DNA of 64,000 nucleotides from an uncultured Candidatus Saccharibacteria bacterium (GCA_964394435.1 CAYMXN010000001.1:43739-107738); one strand, 5' to 3'; counted from the first letter of the stretch, positions 1-8,944 are shown. Numbers and translations: made by a program. Notes: generated by a model not told the origin, from the sequence alone.

Positions 1-29
1 GTGAGCTTCCGAATCATCCGCGAACTTCA

Positions 30-419
30 TTGGCTCAACGGATTTTTGCGCTTCCGCTTTTTGTTCGCTTTGCCGTACCAGTTGCTTTAGCGATTATGAT
101 TTTTGTTGGTGTTTCGTATACGCAGACGCGACAGCCAGCAGTTTCGCTGTTGAGTGAGCCGGCGGTTGAGAATAGCGCCCTGACGTTGCCTGCTCCAGCG
201 GCCAAGATGATGGCTCCGCTTGCTGCTACTTCTGACTCCGCGGCGCAGTCAGCGGCGGGTGTTAGTCAGTCTGCTCCGGCAGATACGTATGTTTCTGATT
301 TTGAATCTATGTTTGCTGCCGATGCTCAATCTCAAAGTTCTCAAGATGCGATGATGATGGCGGCGCTCGACCCATCATCTGATTCGTATGATCAAGCCTT
401 TATGCAAAGTGGTATTTAA
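30..419 (+). CDS. hypothetical membrane/secreted protein, Ala/Ser/Gln-rich low-complexity tail; TTG start
   Basis: ORF track; N-terminal hydrophobic segment (FALPLFVRFAVPVALAIMIFVGV); no recognisable domain. Confidence 0.3.
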   Translation: MAQRIFALPLFVRFAVPVALAIMIFVGVSYTQTRQPAVSLLSEPAVENSALTLPAPAAKMMAPLAATSDSAAQSAAGVSQSAPADTYVSDFESMFAADAQSQSSQDAMMMAALDPSSDSYDQAFMQSGI

Positions 420-424
420 TACAT

Positions 425-1153
425 ATGAAGCGATTATTTTTCCTTTTACTTATTGGCGGTGTACTCGTGACGAATCTTGCTCAAGCAGCTAGTATCGATC
501 TTTTTGGTTCTGATAAGTGTGATTTGCTGTATAACCAACTCGATCGTTTTACGCAGACGCTTACCGAGCGCAGCAAGGTTGTCGATCAATCTAAAGACAA
601 GCAACTTCAAAAAGTGGTTGCGGCTGGGCAGGGTATGACGACGCAGTATGCCGAAACAAAGCTTCAACGCTTGGCTGCGCTTGATCAAGTAGTTTTAAGT
701 TTGAACTCGCTTAAGCTTACCGATGCACAGAAACAGGCTGTTGATGCCTTTTCTGTCTCGATGCGCGCAGCTACGGAGCAGTATTTTAATCAATTAATTG
801 AGGTTCAAAAGAATCAGCAGGTCAGTTTGAATAATGTAGTAGCGAAGCGTAATGCGGCTTTTGCTGCGTATCAATCTAAGCGTGATGCGCAAGTTCAGGA
901 GTTGGTTGGTCGTATTAAAAGCGATTGCGCGAAATCGCTTAAGCTGTCAGTTTTAAAAACGCAATTCAAGGAACAGATTCGTTTGATCGAAGATCAGGAA
1001 AAAGATGCTGCGGATGCGTTTAAGGATGTGCGTAAAGAGGCTGAAGATATAATCCGGGTGCGCAAAGATGCTCAACAGCAGGCGTTTGATGCCTTTAAGC
1101 GTGCGCTTGATCAAGCTAGGGCGCTCTTGAATAAGTCCTTAGAGAATAAGTAG
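425..1153 (+). CDS. secreted coiled-coil protein (signal peptide; Q/A/K-rich heptad-like repeats)
   Basis: ATG at 425; N-terminal signal peptide MKRLFFLLLIGGVLVTNLAQA; charged helical remainder; no family recognised. Confidence 0.45.
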   Translation: MKRLFFLLLIGGVLVTNLAQAASIDLFGSDKCDLLYNQLDRFTQTLTERSKVVDQSKDKQLQKVVAAGQGMTTQYAETKLQRLAALDQVVLSLNSLKLTDAQKQAVDAFSVSMRAATEQYFNQLIEVQKNQQVSLNNVVAKRNAAFAAYQSKRDAQVQELVGRIKSDCAKSLKLSVLKTQFKEQIRLIEDQEKDAADAFKDVRKEAEDIIRVRKDAQQQAFDAFKRALDQARALLNKSLENK

Positions 1154-1177
1154 GGAAGTGTTGTTGTGCTATCAAGG

Positions 1178-1202
1178 AAAACCGCCATTTTGGCGGTTTT
1201 TT
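1178..1202 (+). terminator. rho-independent terminator
   Basis: aaaaccgcc-attt-tggcggtttttt hairpin plus T-tract immediately after the 425..1153 stop. Confidence 0.7.
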
Positions 1203-1286
1203 GTTATTTATTGACTAGCGCATATTACAGCCTAGAGTTATTCACACTTTACAGAGTGGGGGATTGGGCTTAGTATTTGAGGGTAA

Positions 1287-1339
1287 GTGGGGATTTGTGG
1301 ATAACTGTGGGGATAAGTCGGGTTTCTGGGGATAAGTCG
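1287..1339 (+). promoter_or_regulatory. MraZ-box-like direct repeat array (GTGGGGAT / GTGGATAA / GTGGGGATAAGTCG / GGGGATAAGTCG)
   Basis: Four GTGGG-type repeats with 10/10/21-bp phasing about 175 nt upstream of mraZ; E. coli MraZ binds GTGGG repeats at 10-bp phasing in its own promoter; possible -35/-10 (TTGACT-16-TAGAGT) at 1211-1238. Confidence 0.45.
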
Positions 1340-1513
1340 CACTCAGAACTTCATTTCCGGTCATCGCGATTCTTTCCTGGCTGGAAAGCTCGCTACCTCT
1401 CCCGCCGTCGCGGTCCGAGAGTTGCCCGAAAATGAAATTCTTCGTTTGTGAGGTTGGGCGAGAATTGTCAAAAACAGAGAAGCTTCGTTTGTGAAGTAAA
1501 AACAAATTTGAAT

Positions 1514-1945
1514 ATGTTCATCGGAGAATACAAACACTCAATAGATGATAAGGGCCGGCTCGCGATACCGGTGAAGTTTCGTTCCGCGCTTCACACTGCG
1601 GCGGTTATTACTCGTGGGCTTGATCACTGTTTGTATATCTATACCTCATCGGCCTGGCAGGAGTTTGCTGGGAAGATTCGCGCGTTACCAATGACTAAGT
1701 CTGATAACCGTGCGTTTCAGCGTTTGATGTTGGCGGCGGCGGTTGATGTTGAGCTTGATAGTCAGGGTCGTGTTTTGATCCCTGATTATTTGCGTTCATA
1801 CGCTGGTATTTCAAAGCAAACAGTTGTTGCCGGACTCTATGATCGGTTAGAGGTCTGGGATGAGAAGAAGTGGGAGGAGTATAAGGCTAAGACCGAAGCT
1901 TCTTCTGATGAGATTGCGGAGAAGTTGGAAGGGTTGGGGCTTTAA
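1514..1945 (+). CDS. mraZ: transcriptional regulator MraZ
   Basis: N-terminus MFIGEYKHSIDDKGRLAIP and duplicated DxxxR-type MraZ/SpoVT-AbrB repeats; first gene of the dcw cluster; internal ATG of ORF 1448..1945. Confidence 0.9.
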   Translation: MFIGEYKHSIDDKGRLAIPVKFRSALHTAAVITRGLDHCLYIYTSSAWQEFAGKIRALPMTKSDNRAFQRLMLAAAVDVELDSQGRVLIPDYLRSYAGISKQTVVAGLYDRLEVWDEKKWEEYKAKTEASSDEIAEKLEGLGL

Positions 1946-2021
1946 TCAGTTGATTGGTGAATTAGTTAATTAGCCATGTTGATTACCTAACACACCAATT
2001 AACGAACCTAATTAACTAACG

Positions 2022-2999
2022 ATGGATCTTCGTCGTATGCATATACCAGTTCTTTTACAAGAGGTGATCGATGTACTCAAGGTTGCTCCAGGAGATTTTG
2101 TCATTGACGGAACTCTTGGTGCGGGTGGGCACGCACGGGCGCTCATAGAGCGTATTGTGCCCAACGGTATGTTCCTTGGTGTTGATCGGGATCAGCGAGC
2201 GGTGAATGAGTTTAGTAGTAATCGTGAGCAGGTTGCTCGTGCGTTGAAGTACGCGCAGGTTTTTTCAACCTCTTACGCAAATCTTTCGCAGCTCCTTGTC
2301 CGTGAGTCGCTGCCCAAGGCGGATGCTCTTTTAGTCGATCTTGGTTTTTCGTCAGAGCAAATTGATGGAGCGTTTGTAGGTAGGGGGTTTAGTTTTATGC
2401 GTGATGAGCCGCTTATCATGACGTATGACGACGCTACCACTCCGCTTCGTGATGTACTCCCAACGCTTTCTGTTGAGGAGATGACGAAGATTATCACCGA
2501 GTATGGTGATGAGCGCTATGCGTATAAGATTGCCAAGGCGATTGATGCTGCGCAAAAGCAGAAGCCAATTACGACGAGTGGTCAGCTTGCGCGAGTTATT
2601 TCAGAAGTTTTGCCGAAGGGGTATGAGCGCGGAAGGATTCATCCAGCTACTCGTACGTTTCAGGCGTTACGTATCTACGTTAACCGCGAGCTTGATCAGT
2701 TGAAAGAACTTCTTGTTTCAATCCCGCACATTGTAAAACCTGGTGGGCGCGTCGCAGTAATCACGTTTCATTCTCTTGAAGACAGAATCGTAAAGCATTA
2801 TTTCAAAGATGGTGTGTTCCTTGATCAGTCTCTTCCGGCTCATATTCCTGGGGAGGAATCAGAGGGGGGTGGTCAGTCAGAGTCAAAGGTCGAACAGTTC
2901 TCTCTTATTACAAAAAAGCCGATTACGGCCAGTGAAGCAGAGCTTGTAAGCAATCCGCGTGCTCGTTCTGCAAAGCTTCGCGCTGTAATCGTGAATTAA
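2022..2999 (+). CDS. rsmH: 16S rRNA (cytosine1402-N4)-methyltransferase RsmH/MraW
   Basis: HIPVLLQEV...DGTLGAGGHA SAM-binding motif; conserved position after mraZ. Confidence 0.9.
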   Translation: MDLRRMHIPVLLQEVIDVLKVAPGDFVIDGTLGAGGHARALIERIVPNGMFLGVDRDQRAVNEFSSNREQVARALKYAQVFSTSYANLSQLLVRESLPKADALLVDLGFSSEQIDGAFVGRGFSFMRDEPLIMTYDDATTPLRDVLPTLSVEEMTKIITEYGDERYAYKIAKAIDAAQKQKPITTSGQLARVISEVLPKGYERGRIHPATRTFQALRIYVNRELDQLKELLVSIPHIVKPGGRVAVITFHSLEDRIVKHYFKDGVFLDQSLPAHIPGEESEGGGQSESKVEQFSLITKKPITASEAELVSNPRARSAKLRAVIVN

Positions 3000-3002
3000 T
3001 CT

Positions 3003-3335
3003 ATGACTATCGCACAACCAAATCGAGATCGGCAGGCTGCCTGTGTATTACGTCTTATTGTTGCTGGCATAATCGCAGTCGCACTAGTGAGTGTGTACGC
3101 GTATAACAATACGGTACTTTTGCGGCGTCATGTCGTTGAGACAACGGGGGCTTTTGAAAAATTGAAAGTGCAGAATGCCAATCTGAAGAATGAGGTGTAC
3201 GGACTTCTCGATTCGAAGCAGCTTGTTTCTGTTGCTTCACGCCTTGGGCTAGTAAAGGAAACTAAGCCAAGCTACTTGTCTTTGACTGTTTCTGCTGCTT
3301 CTGCAAACGCTCAAACTGCTTTTGACTATCGTTAA
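3003..3335 (+). CDS. ftsL: FtsL-like cell division protein (single TM plus coiled coil)
   Basis: 110 aa; TM LRLIVAGIIAVALVSVYAY followed by a coiled-coil; canonical position between rsmH and ftsI. Confidence 0.5.
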   Translation: MTIAQPNRDRQAACVLRLIVAGIIAVALVSVYAYNNTVLLRRHVVETTGAFEKLKVQNANLKNEVYGLLDSKQLVSVASRLGLVKETKPSYLSLTVSAASANAQTAFDYR

Positions 3336-3343
3336 TTTTTCAG

Positions 3344-4978
3344 ATGAGACTTCGCTTACCACTTCTTATTGGCGTTTTTACGCTCGCATTTCTTTTCATT
3401 GGATTTAACGTTTACAATCTGCAGATTGAAAAGGGTGCGTATTATACTCAACGGGTTAGCGCGCAAAATATTAGCGCGGGGTTTTTAGAGCCGGCGCGTG
3501 GCACTATTTATTTCACTGATAAAAATGGGAGTCAGATTCCCGTAGCTATTAATCATGAGGCTTCGGTTATTTATGCGGTTCCGAAAGAGATTGGTGATGC
3601 GCAAGAGGCGAGTGGGATTTTGAGTCCAATTGTTAATATGCCCGTTGATCAATTGACGAAGGTGTTGAGTAAGCCAAATGACCTGTATGAACGATTAGTT
3701 GCTCGTGCAACTGCTGAACAGGTGCAGATGGTTTCAGACGCCCATATTAAAGGGGTATATATTGATAGCGCTGATGATCGATTTTATCCGTTTGGCGGGT
3801 TAGCTGCTCACGTGCTTGGGTTTACTTCGCCGAGCGAGGAAGATCAGACCGTGACTGGAAAATATGGACTTGAGTCATATTATCAGGATTTATTAGTTGG
3901 GCGACGTGGCTCGTATATTGATGGGAAGCTCGTGTTGCCGGTTGATGGGCAGGATATTCATACGACTATTGACCGCAATGTGCAGGCGCATAGCGAGGAG
4001 GTTTTAGATACATTGATGAAAACGTATAAGCCGATTTCGGGTATGGTGATTGTACAGGAGCCGAGTACGGGCAAGATTTTGGCTATGGCGGCAGCTCCTG
4101 GATTTGATCCAAATGAGTACGGTAAGTCATCTATTTCTCATTTCCTTAACCCAATGGTGCAGGCGGTTTATGAGCCTGGTTCGATTTTTAAAGTGATTAC
4201 GATGGCGATCGGGCTTGATGCGGGAAAGATTACCCCACAGACTTCATTTAATGATACGGGCGAGCTTAAGTTGAATGGAAAGGTTATTCGTAACTGGGAT
4301 CATAAGGCGCACGGCACCATTACTATGACTGAAGTAATTGAGCAGTCGGTAAACACCGGTGCGGCGTATGCGCAAAAGTTGATTGGACGAGATACGTTTT
4401 ATGATTATCTTGTGAAATTCGGTTTTAAAGAGCCGACGGGTATTGATTTGCCGGGTGAGACGATTGGCAAACTTACTCCTCTTGAGAAAAATAAGCAGGA
4501 CATCAACTTTGCGACTGCTTCGTTTGGTCAGGGTGTCTCGGTGACTCCGATTCGGTTGATTTCAGCTATTTCGGCGATTGCGAATCATGGGGTAATGGTT
4601 ACGCCGTATGTAAATGAGCGATCGCGTTCAGACGTTGAGCGACGGGTGATTAGCGCAGAGGCGGCAGAACAGACTGTTGGGATGATGGTTTCGGCGGTTA
4701 AAAAAGCTAAGGTGGCTGATATTCCACAGTATGATGTCGCGGGTAAGACGGGTACGGCGCAGATTCCTGATTTTGTGAAGGGTGGGTATATTGATTTTGA
4801 AGATGGACTTATTAATACGTACGTTGGATTTGCTCCTGCGTATGATCCAAAGTTCACTATTTTACTTCGTATTGATAAACCAGAGGGGGCGACGTTGGCC
4901 GGACAGACGGTCGTGCCTGCATTTCACGACCTTGCGCAGTTCTTGTTGAACTATTACAATGTGGCTCCATCACACTAA
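3344..4978 (+). CDS. ftsI: penicillin-binding protein 2B/3, peptidoglycan D,D-transpeptidase FtsI
   Basis: N-terminal TM; transpeptidase motifs SIFK (SxxK), SVN (SxN), KTGT (KTG); dcw context. Confidence 0.85.
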   Translation: MRLRLPLLIGVFTLAFLFIGFNVYNLQIEKGAYYTQRVSAQNISAGFLEPARGTIYFTDKNGSQIPVAINHEASVIYAVPKEIGDAQEASGILSPIVNMPVDQLTKVLSKPNDLYERLVARATAEQVQMVSDAHIKGVYIDSADDRFYPFGGLAAHVLGFTSPSEEDQTVTGKYGLESYYQDLLVGRRGSYIDGKLVLPVDGQDIHTTIDRNVQAHSEEVLDTLMKTYKPISGMVIVQEPSTGKILAMAAAPGFDPNEYGKSSISHFLNPMVQAVYEPGSIFKVITMAIGLDAGKITPQTSFNDTGELKLNGKVIRNWDHKAHGTITMTEVIEQSVNTGAAYAQKLIGRDTFYDYLVKFGFKEPTGIDLPGETIGKLTPLEKNKQDINFATASFGQGVSVTPIRLISAISAIANHGVMVTPYVNERSRSDVERRVISAEAAEQTVGMMVSAVKKAKVADIPQYDVAGKTGTAQIPDFVKGGYIDFEDGLINTYVGFAPAYDPKFTILLRIDKPEGATLAGQTVVPAFHDLAQFLLNYYNVAPSH

Positions 4979-4986
4979 TCTAGTAT

Positions 4987-6306
4987 ATGCGTGTATTTGT
5001 TCGCAAAACTCTCGAGTCGATTTTACGCGTGCTCTCAAAGGCGACACTCGCTAAATTTAAGCCGGTGGTAATTGGTGTTACGGGGAGCGTTGGGAAAACC
5101 TCGACAAAATTTGCTATCAAGGCGGTTCTTTCGAGCGCGTTTCGAGTTCGCGCATCAGCTGACAGCCACAATAGCGAGGTTGGATTTCCGTTGGCTATCT
5201 TAGGTGAGTGGCGCGGAGATGATTTGCGGATAATTAGTCGCGATGCGGCGCCAGGTGGTAAGTCGTTTGCTAAAGGATTGTTTTGGCTGAAGGTGATTAT
5301 CGTGAGTGCGACGCGTTTATTGTTTGGTTCGGCGAAGAAGTATCCAGAGTTTCTTATACTTGAGTACGGCGCTGATCGGCCGGGTGATATTAAGTATTTA
5401 GCGCAGATTGCGCGTCCACAGATTGGTGTAGTTACGGCGGTTGGTGATATGCCAGTGCATGTTGAGTTTTATGATGGTCCAGATGCGGTTGCGCTCGAAA
5501 AGGGGCGACTGGTTGAGGCCTTGCTTGTAAGTGGTAGTGCAGCTTTGAATTCTGATGATGAGCGAGTTTTTGCTATGAAGGATAAGACGCGTGCGAAAAC
5601 GATTACGTTTGGGTTTGGGGAGGGGGCGCAGGTGCGAATTGATAATTTTGAAACCAAAGTCGAGTCGGGTAAGGGGATTCGTTTTCCGCGTCCGATTGGT
5701 GTGACGTTTAAGCTTTCCTATAACGGGGCGTTTGCACCGGTGCGTATTAGCGGAACACTTGGCCGGGCGCAGGCGTATGCGTGTGCGGCAGCCGCAGCAG
5801 TTGGGCTTGGCTGCGGGATGAATTTAGTAAAGATTGCGGATGCGCTCGCGTATTATCAGCCACCGGCTCACCGGTTTAAATTTGTTGCGGGTGTGAATGA
5901 GTCGCTTCTTTTTGATGACGCGTATAACGCTTCGCCGCTTTCGATGATGAATGCACTTGAGGCGGTGGGTGAGCTTAAGGCGAAGCGGAAAATCGGTGTG
6001 CTTGGGGATATGCGCGAACTGGGAAAGTTCAGTCAGATGGCGCATGAGCAGCTTGGTCGGCTGGCTGCGCGTTCGTTAGACGTGTTAGTTGTAGTTGGAG
6101 ATTACGCGGGAGTTGTGGCGGAGGCGGCTAAAAAGGCGAAGATGCCGGCAAGGTCGGTAATCGTGTGTAAGAGCGCGGAAGATGCGCTGGTTGCTTGCTT
6201 GAGCTTGATAAAATCGGGAGATTTAGTTTTAATTAAAGCCTCAAAGGCGGTAGGACTTAAAACCGTAGTTGAGGGGCTGACTGCGCGAGCGGAGAAGTTG
6301 GCTTAA
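4987..6306 (+). CDS. murF: Mur ligase, UDP-MurNAc-tripeptide--D-Ala-D-Ala ligase (MurF-like, short N-terminus)
   Basis: P-loop VIGVTGSVGKTSTK; MurF-type C-terminal motif DDAYNASPLSM; dcw context. Confidence 0.7.
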   Translation: MRVFVRKTLESILRVLSKATLAKFKPVVIGVTGSVGKTSTKFAIKAVLSSAFRVRASADSHNSEVGFPLAILGEWRGDDLRIISRDAAPGGKSFAKGLFWLKVIIVSATRLLFGSAKKYPEFLILEYGADRPGDIKYLAQIARPQIGVVTAVGDMPVHVEFYDGPDAVALEKGRLVEALLVSGSAALNSDDERVFAMKDKTRAKTITFGFGEGAQVRIDNFETKVESGKGIRFPRPIGVTFKLSYNGAFAPVRISGTLGRAQAYACAAAAAVGLGCGMNLVKIADALAYYQPPAHRFKFVAGVNESLLFDDAYNASPLSMMNALEAVGELKAKRKIGVLGDMRELGKFSQMAHEQLGRLAARSLDVLVVVGDYAGVVAEAAKKAKMPARSVIVCKSAEDALVACLSLIKSGDLVLIKASKAVGLKTVVEGLTARAEKLA

Positions 6307-6341
6307 GAGGAGAGAAGAAACTGTATCGGTTATTGTAGACT

Positions 6342-6413
6342 GCTGCTTTCGTCTAGTGGCTAGGACGGCGCCCTCTCACGGCGCAAACAAGGGTTCGATT
6401 CCCTTAAGCAGCG
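6342..6413 (+). tRNA. tRNA-Glu (anticodon CUC)
   Basis: Cloverleaf read by hand: acceptor GCTGCTT/AAGCAGC, anticodon stem GCGCC/GGCGC, loop CTCTCAC, T-arm AAGGG-TTCGATT-CCCTT; close similarity to E. coli tRNA-Glu body; CCA not encoded. Confidence 0.85.
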
Positions 6414-6420
6414 CATGTCA

Positions 6421-6444
6421 AAAATGGGACAATGTCCCATTTTT
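6421..6444 (+). terminator. hairpin plus T-tract terminator directly after tRNA-Glu
   Basis: aaaatgggac-aat-gtcccatttt perfect 10-bp stem followed by T. Confidence 0.7.
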
Positions 6445-6511
6445 GATTTTGTGCTACCTAGTGGTGTCGTGTCTTTGTTTGCGCCGTGAGAGGGCTAGCC
6501 CTCTCCGGCAG

Positions 6512-6775
6512 GACCAGTGTCCCGACGGTAATCTCTGCGGCGACACTTTCCATAGGGCGAAATGCAAGGCGTGAGTGCGAGAATATATCGGTGATATGTT
6601 GAGTGCGAGCAACGCAGCAGTTCGCCTTATGGAATCGTGTCCGGAGGTTGCTGTCTGTCGCGCGCATTACTGCGTCGCTTGTCGTTCGCATATTTCCGAT
6701 ATTCTCACTTCGCGCTCCTTGTCCTGCGCGCGACAGACTTGCAACGCCGCAAGAGCTACCGTCGGGATACTGGTC
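6512..6775. other. GC-rich highly structured ~264-nt element closed by a 19-bp long-range helix (unclassified, possible structured ncRNA or insert)
   Basis: 6512-6530 gaccagtgtcccgacggta pairs with 6757-6775 taccgtcgggatactggtc (one G.U); several internal palindromes; GC about 58% versus about 46% flanks. Confidence 0.4.
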
Positions 6776-6776
6776 G

Positions 6777-6805
6777 ACAAGGGTTCGATTCCCTTAAGCA
6801 GCGCA
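6777..6805 (+). repeat. 29-nt direct repeat of the tRNA-Glu 3' end (T-arm plus acceptor 3' strand), att-like
   Basis: ACAAGGGTTCGATTCCCTTAAGCAGCGCA identical to 6387-6415. Confidence 0.85.
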
Positions 6806-6942
6806 GCTAGCGGGTCTTTTCATTGTGGTACTTTGTTACTGCGGGCTCGCAGTACGCTGTCGCTTATGTACAGCTTCGCCCTTGCGCCTCGTACCGCTAT
6901 GAAAATCCGCCGCTATATATAAATCTTTGCTATTATAATTTA

Positions 6943-7752
6943 ATGCACCCGGTAGCTCAGAGACTTCTTTCTCGGAAAAATAATCAAGCGACTCAGGGCC
7001 ATGGACGGCGCATTATTTTGCTTTCTTATGGCGGTACTATGAGTGGCATGGTAAGCGCGGGTGCACTTATCGCACTTGAAGAGCTTGGGTTGAGAAATGC
7101 GTTTGATGCAATTTATGCTTTTTCCGCCGGAGCTCCTAATGCTGCTTATTTTTTATCTGGACAGGTGAGATTAGGTGCATCGATTTACTACGAGAATCTT
7201 ATCGGGCGTCAGTTTATTAATTTTTTTAAACCTTGGCGTATCGTTAACGTTCCATACCTTATGAATATTTTTGAGTGTACCAAGCGTCTTGAGCCCGTGC
7301 GGATTATGAATGGGGAAACTTCTCTTTTTGTGAGATTGCAAAATATAGTAACGCGGGAGATTGAGTATGTGGATGCTTGTCAGTTTTCGGCGGAAGCAGA
7401 TTTTTTCTCTTTACTTAGAGCAGCAGTTAGTATGCCTTTTCTCACTCCTGGAGCTACCTTAATTCAAGGCAAACGATTTAAGGAGGATCTTTTTGGGTAT
7501 CATAAAGAATTTCTGAAAAGCGTTTTAGCGAAAGAGCCAGATAGTGATGTGGTTATTTTATATAGCAGGGCAAATCAACGTCCGCTTGGCTTTGTTTCTA
7601 GTGACTTAGTGCTTGAACTTATTCCTCCGACTTATTGCGCAATTAACCCACTTGAGACTCGAGGTGATGTCCTGAAGCGTGGTGCTGAACAGATGGGGCG
7701 ATATGTAAAGAGTCTTTTTGAACAGGAAGGTGATATCTCGCTTAAGGATTGA
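6943..7752 (+). CDS. patatin-like phospholipase
   Basis: GGTMSGMVSAGALIALEELG glycine-rich loop and FSAGA serine motif; tataat -10 immediately upstream (6934-6939); internal ATG of ORF 6823..7752. Confidence 0.7.
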   Translation: MHPVAQRLLSRKNNQATQGHGRRIILLSYGGTMSGMVSAGALIALEELGLRNAFDAIYAFSAGAPNAAYFLSGQVRLGASIYYENLIGRQFINFFKPWRIVNVPYLMNIFECTKRLEPVRIMNGETSLFVRLQNIVTREIEYVDACQFSAEADFFSLLRAAVSMPFLTPGATLIQGKRFKEDLFGYHKEFLKSVLAKEPDSDVVILYSRANQRPLGFVSSDLVLELIPPTYCAINPLETRGDVLKRGAEQMGRYVKSLFEQEGDISLKD

Positions 7753-7772
7753 ATTGTGCTACTATTTTATCT

Positions 7773-8174
7773 ATGGAAACCTGTATTTTTTGTAAGATCG
7801 TGAAGGGAGAGATTCCTGCCTATAAGGTGTTTGAAAACGAGGCGACGTTGGCGTTTCTAACTATTGGGCCAATTCGTCCAGGGCATATGCTTGTTATCCC
7901 TAAGAAGCATGAGCCGGATTTTTATAATCTTGATAGCGCTACCTATCATGCGGTGATGGAGACGGTTCATACAATGTCAAAACTTGCTAAAGAGAAGTTA
8001 CATCCAAAGCGAGTAGGTCTTGTTGTTGCGGGCTGGGATGTTCCGCATACGCATGTGCATGTCGTTCCAACTGAAGATTCTCGAGATATCATCTCTCAAT
8101 TTTCAATCAATGGGCCACTTCCTATCATGTCTGATGATGAGTTAAAGCAGGTATTCGGACGATTGATGAAATAA
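7773..8174 (+). CDS. HIT family (histidine triad) hydrolase
   Basis: CIFCKIVKGEIPA N-terminus and HTHVHVVP histidine triad. Confidence 0.8.
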   Translation: METCIFCKIVKGEIPAYKVFENEATLAFLTIGPIRPGHMLVIPKKHEPDFYNLDSATYHAVMETVHTMSKLAKEKLHPKRVGLVVAGWDVPHTHVHVVPTEDSRDIISQFSINGPLPIMSDDELKQVFGRLMK

Positions 8175-8176
8175 GT

Positions 8177-8497
8177 ATGAAACTTATCGCGTACACTTTT
8201 GGGTTTGGTTTCTTGTTGCTGATCGTGGCGATGTCGTTTGCGTATGTGAAGTTTGCCGGTGTAGATGCGCTCTTAGCGATTCACTTTACTCCACGGCAGG
8301 GCGTTGATTTTTTGGGTAGCTCGATGGATGTGTTTGGGGTCTTATTTACCGGCTTTGGGGTTTTGCTGGCTAACGGGTTTGTCGCATGGTATCTTAATAA
8401 GCGCGAGCATTTTTTGTCAGTAATCGTAGCTTTCTTTAGCGTCCTGCTCGCACTCTTGCTTTTTATCGCGACCTTTGTTATTATCGTCAATAACTAA
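8177..8497 (+). CDS. small integral membrane protein (3 predicted TM helices)
   Basis: Hydrophobicity pattern only. Confidence 0.4.
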   Translation: MKLIAYTFGFGFLLLIVAMSFAYVKFAGVDALLAIHFTPRQGVDFLGSSMDVFGVLFTGFGVLLANGFVAWYLNKREHFLSVIVAFFSVLLALLLFIATFVIIVNN

Positions 8498-8502
8498 TTT
8501 AT

Positions 8503-8811
8503 ATGTTTGCTGTAATTGAAACCGGCGGAAAGCAGTATCGCGTAGCTGCCGGAAACAAGTTAAAAGTTGAGAAACTCGAGGCCGAAGTTAATGGCAATGT
8601 TGTGTTTGATAAGGTGCTTCTTACCGTAGATGGCGAGAAGGTAAACCTTGGCAAACCACTTGTTGCCGGTGCGAAGGTTGAGGCGAAGGTGCTTAGCCAG
8701 GGCCGTGCTGACAAGCTGATCGTATTCAAGTATCATTCAAAGACTCGCCGTCGCAAAAAGAACGGTCATCGTCAGCCATTTACCGAGGTAGAGATTACTT
8801 CGATTAAATAA
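8503..8811 (+). CDS. rplU: 50S ribosomal protein L21
   Basis: MFAVIETGGKQYRV N-terminus; ~100 aa. Confidence 0.9.
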   Translation: MFAVIETGGKQYRVAAGNKLKVEKLEAEVNGNVVFDKVLLTVDGEKVNLGKPLVAGAKVEAKVLSQGRADKLIVFKYHSKTRRRKKNGHRQPFTEVEITSIK

Positions 8812-8820
8812 GAACTTAGC

Positions 8821-8845
8821 AAAACCGCCCGAAAGGGCGGTTTTG
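8821..8845 (+). terminator. rho-independent terminator after rplU
   Basis: aaaaccgccc-gaaa-gggcggtttt. Confidence 0.75.
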
Positions 8846-8944
8846 CATTAAGGGCAATTATTGACTTTGTCTTTGTATTGTGCTATAATATATATTAAGG
8901 CAATCAAGTGAAATTGGTCCTTTGGACCGGAAAGTGAGGTTCGC

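Noticed and set aside
4987-6306. Alternative assignment of the Mur-ligase gene as FolC or MurE because the P-loop is only 30 residues from the N-terminus
   Set aside because: The C-terminal DDAYNASPLSM matches the MurF DDSYNAN motif, and the dcw context favours MurF with a reduced N-terminal domain.
6414-6805. Considered tmRNA, RNase P RNA, 6S RNA or a group I intron for the structured insert
   Set aside because: tmRNA rejected: acceptor GCUGCUU lacks the G3.U70 Ala identity and there is no tag frame. RNase P rejected: no P4 GGAAAGUCC/CCGGCUUA motifs. 6S rejected: size and shape do not fit. Intron rejected: the upstream tRNA is already complete.
6356-6922. ORFs of 72, 77, 115 and 64 aa overlapping tRNA-Glu and the structured insert
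   Set aside because: They read through a tRNA gene, a terminator hairpin and long palindromes; no RBS; Cys/Arg-rich composition from GC-rich DNA.
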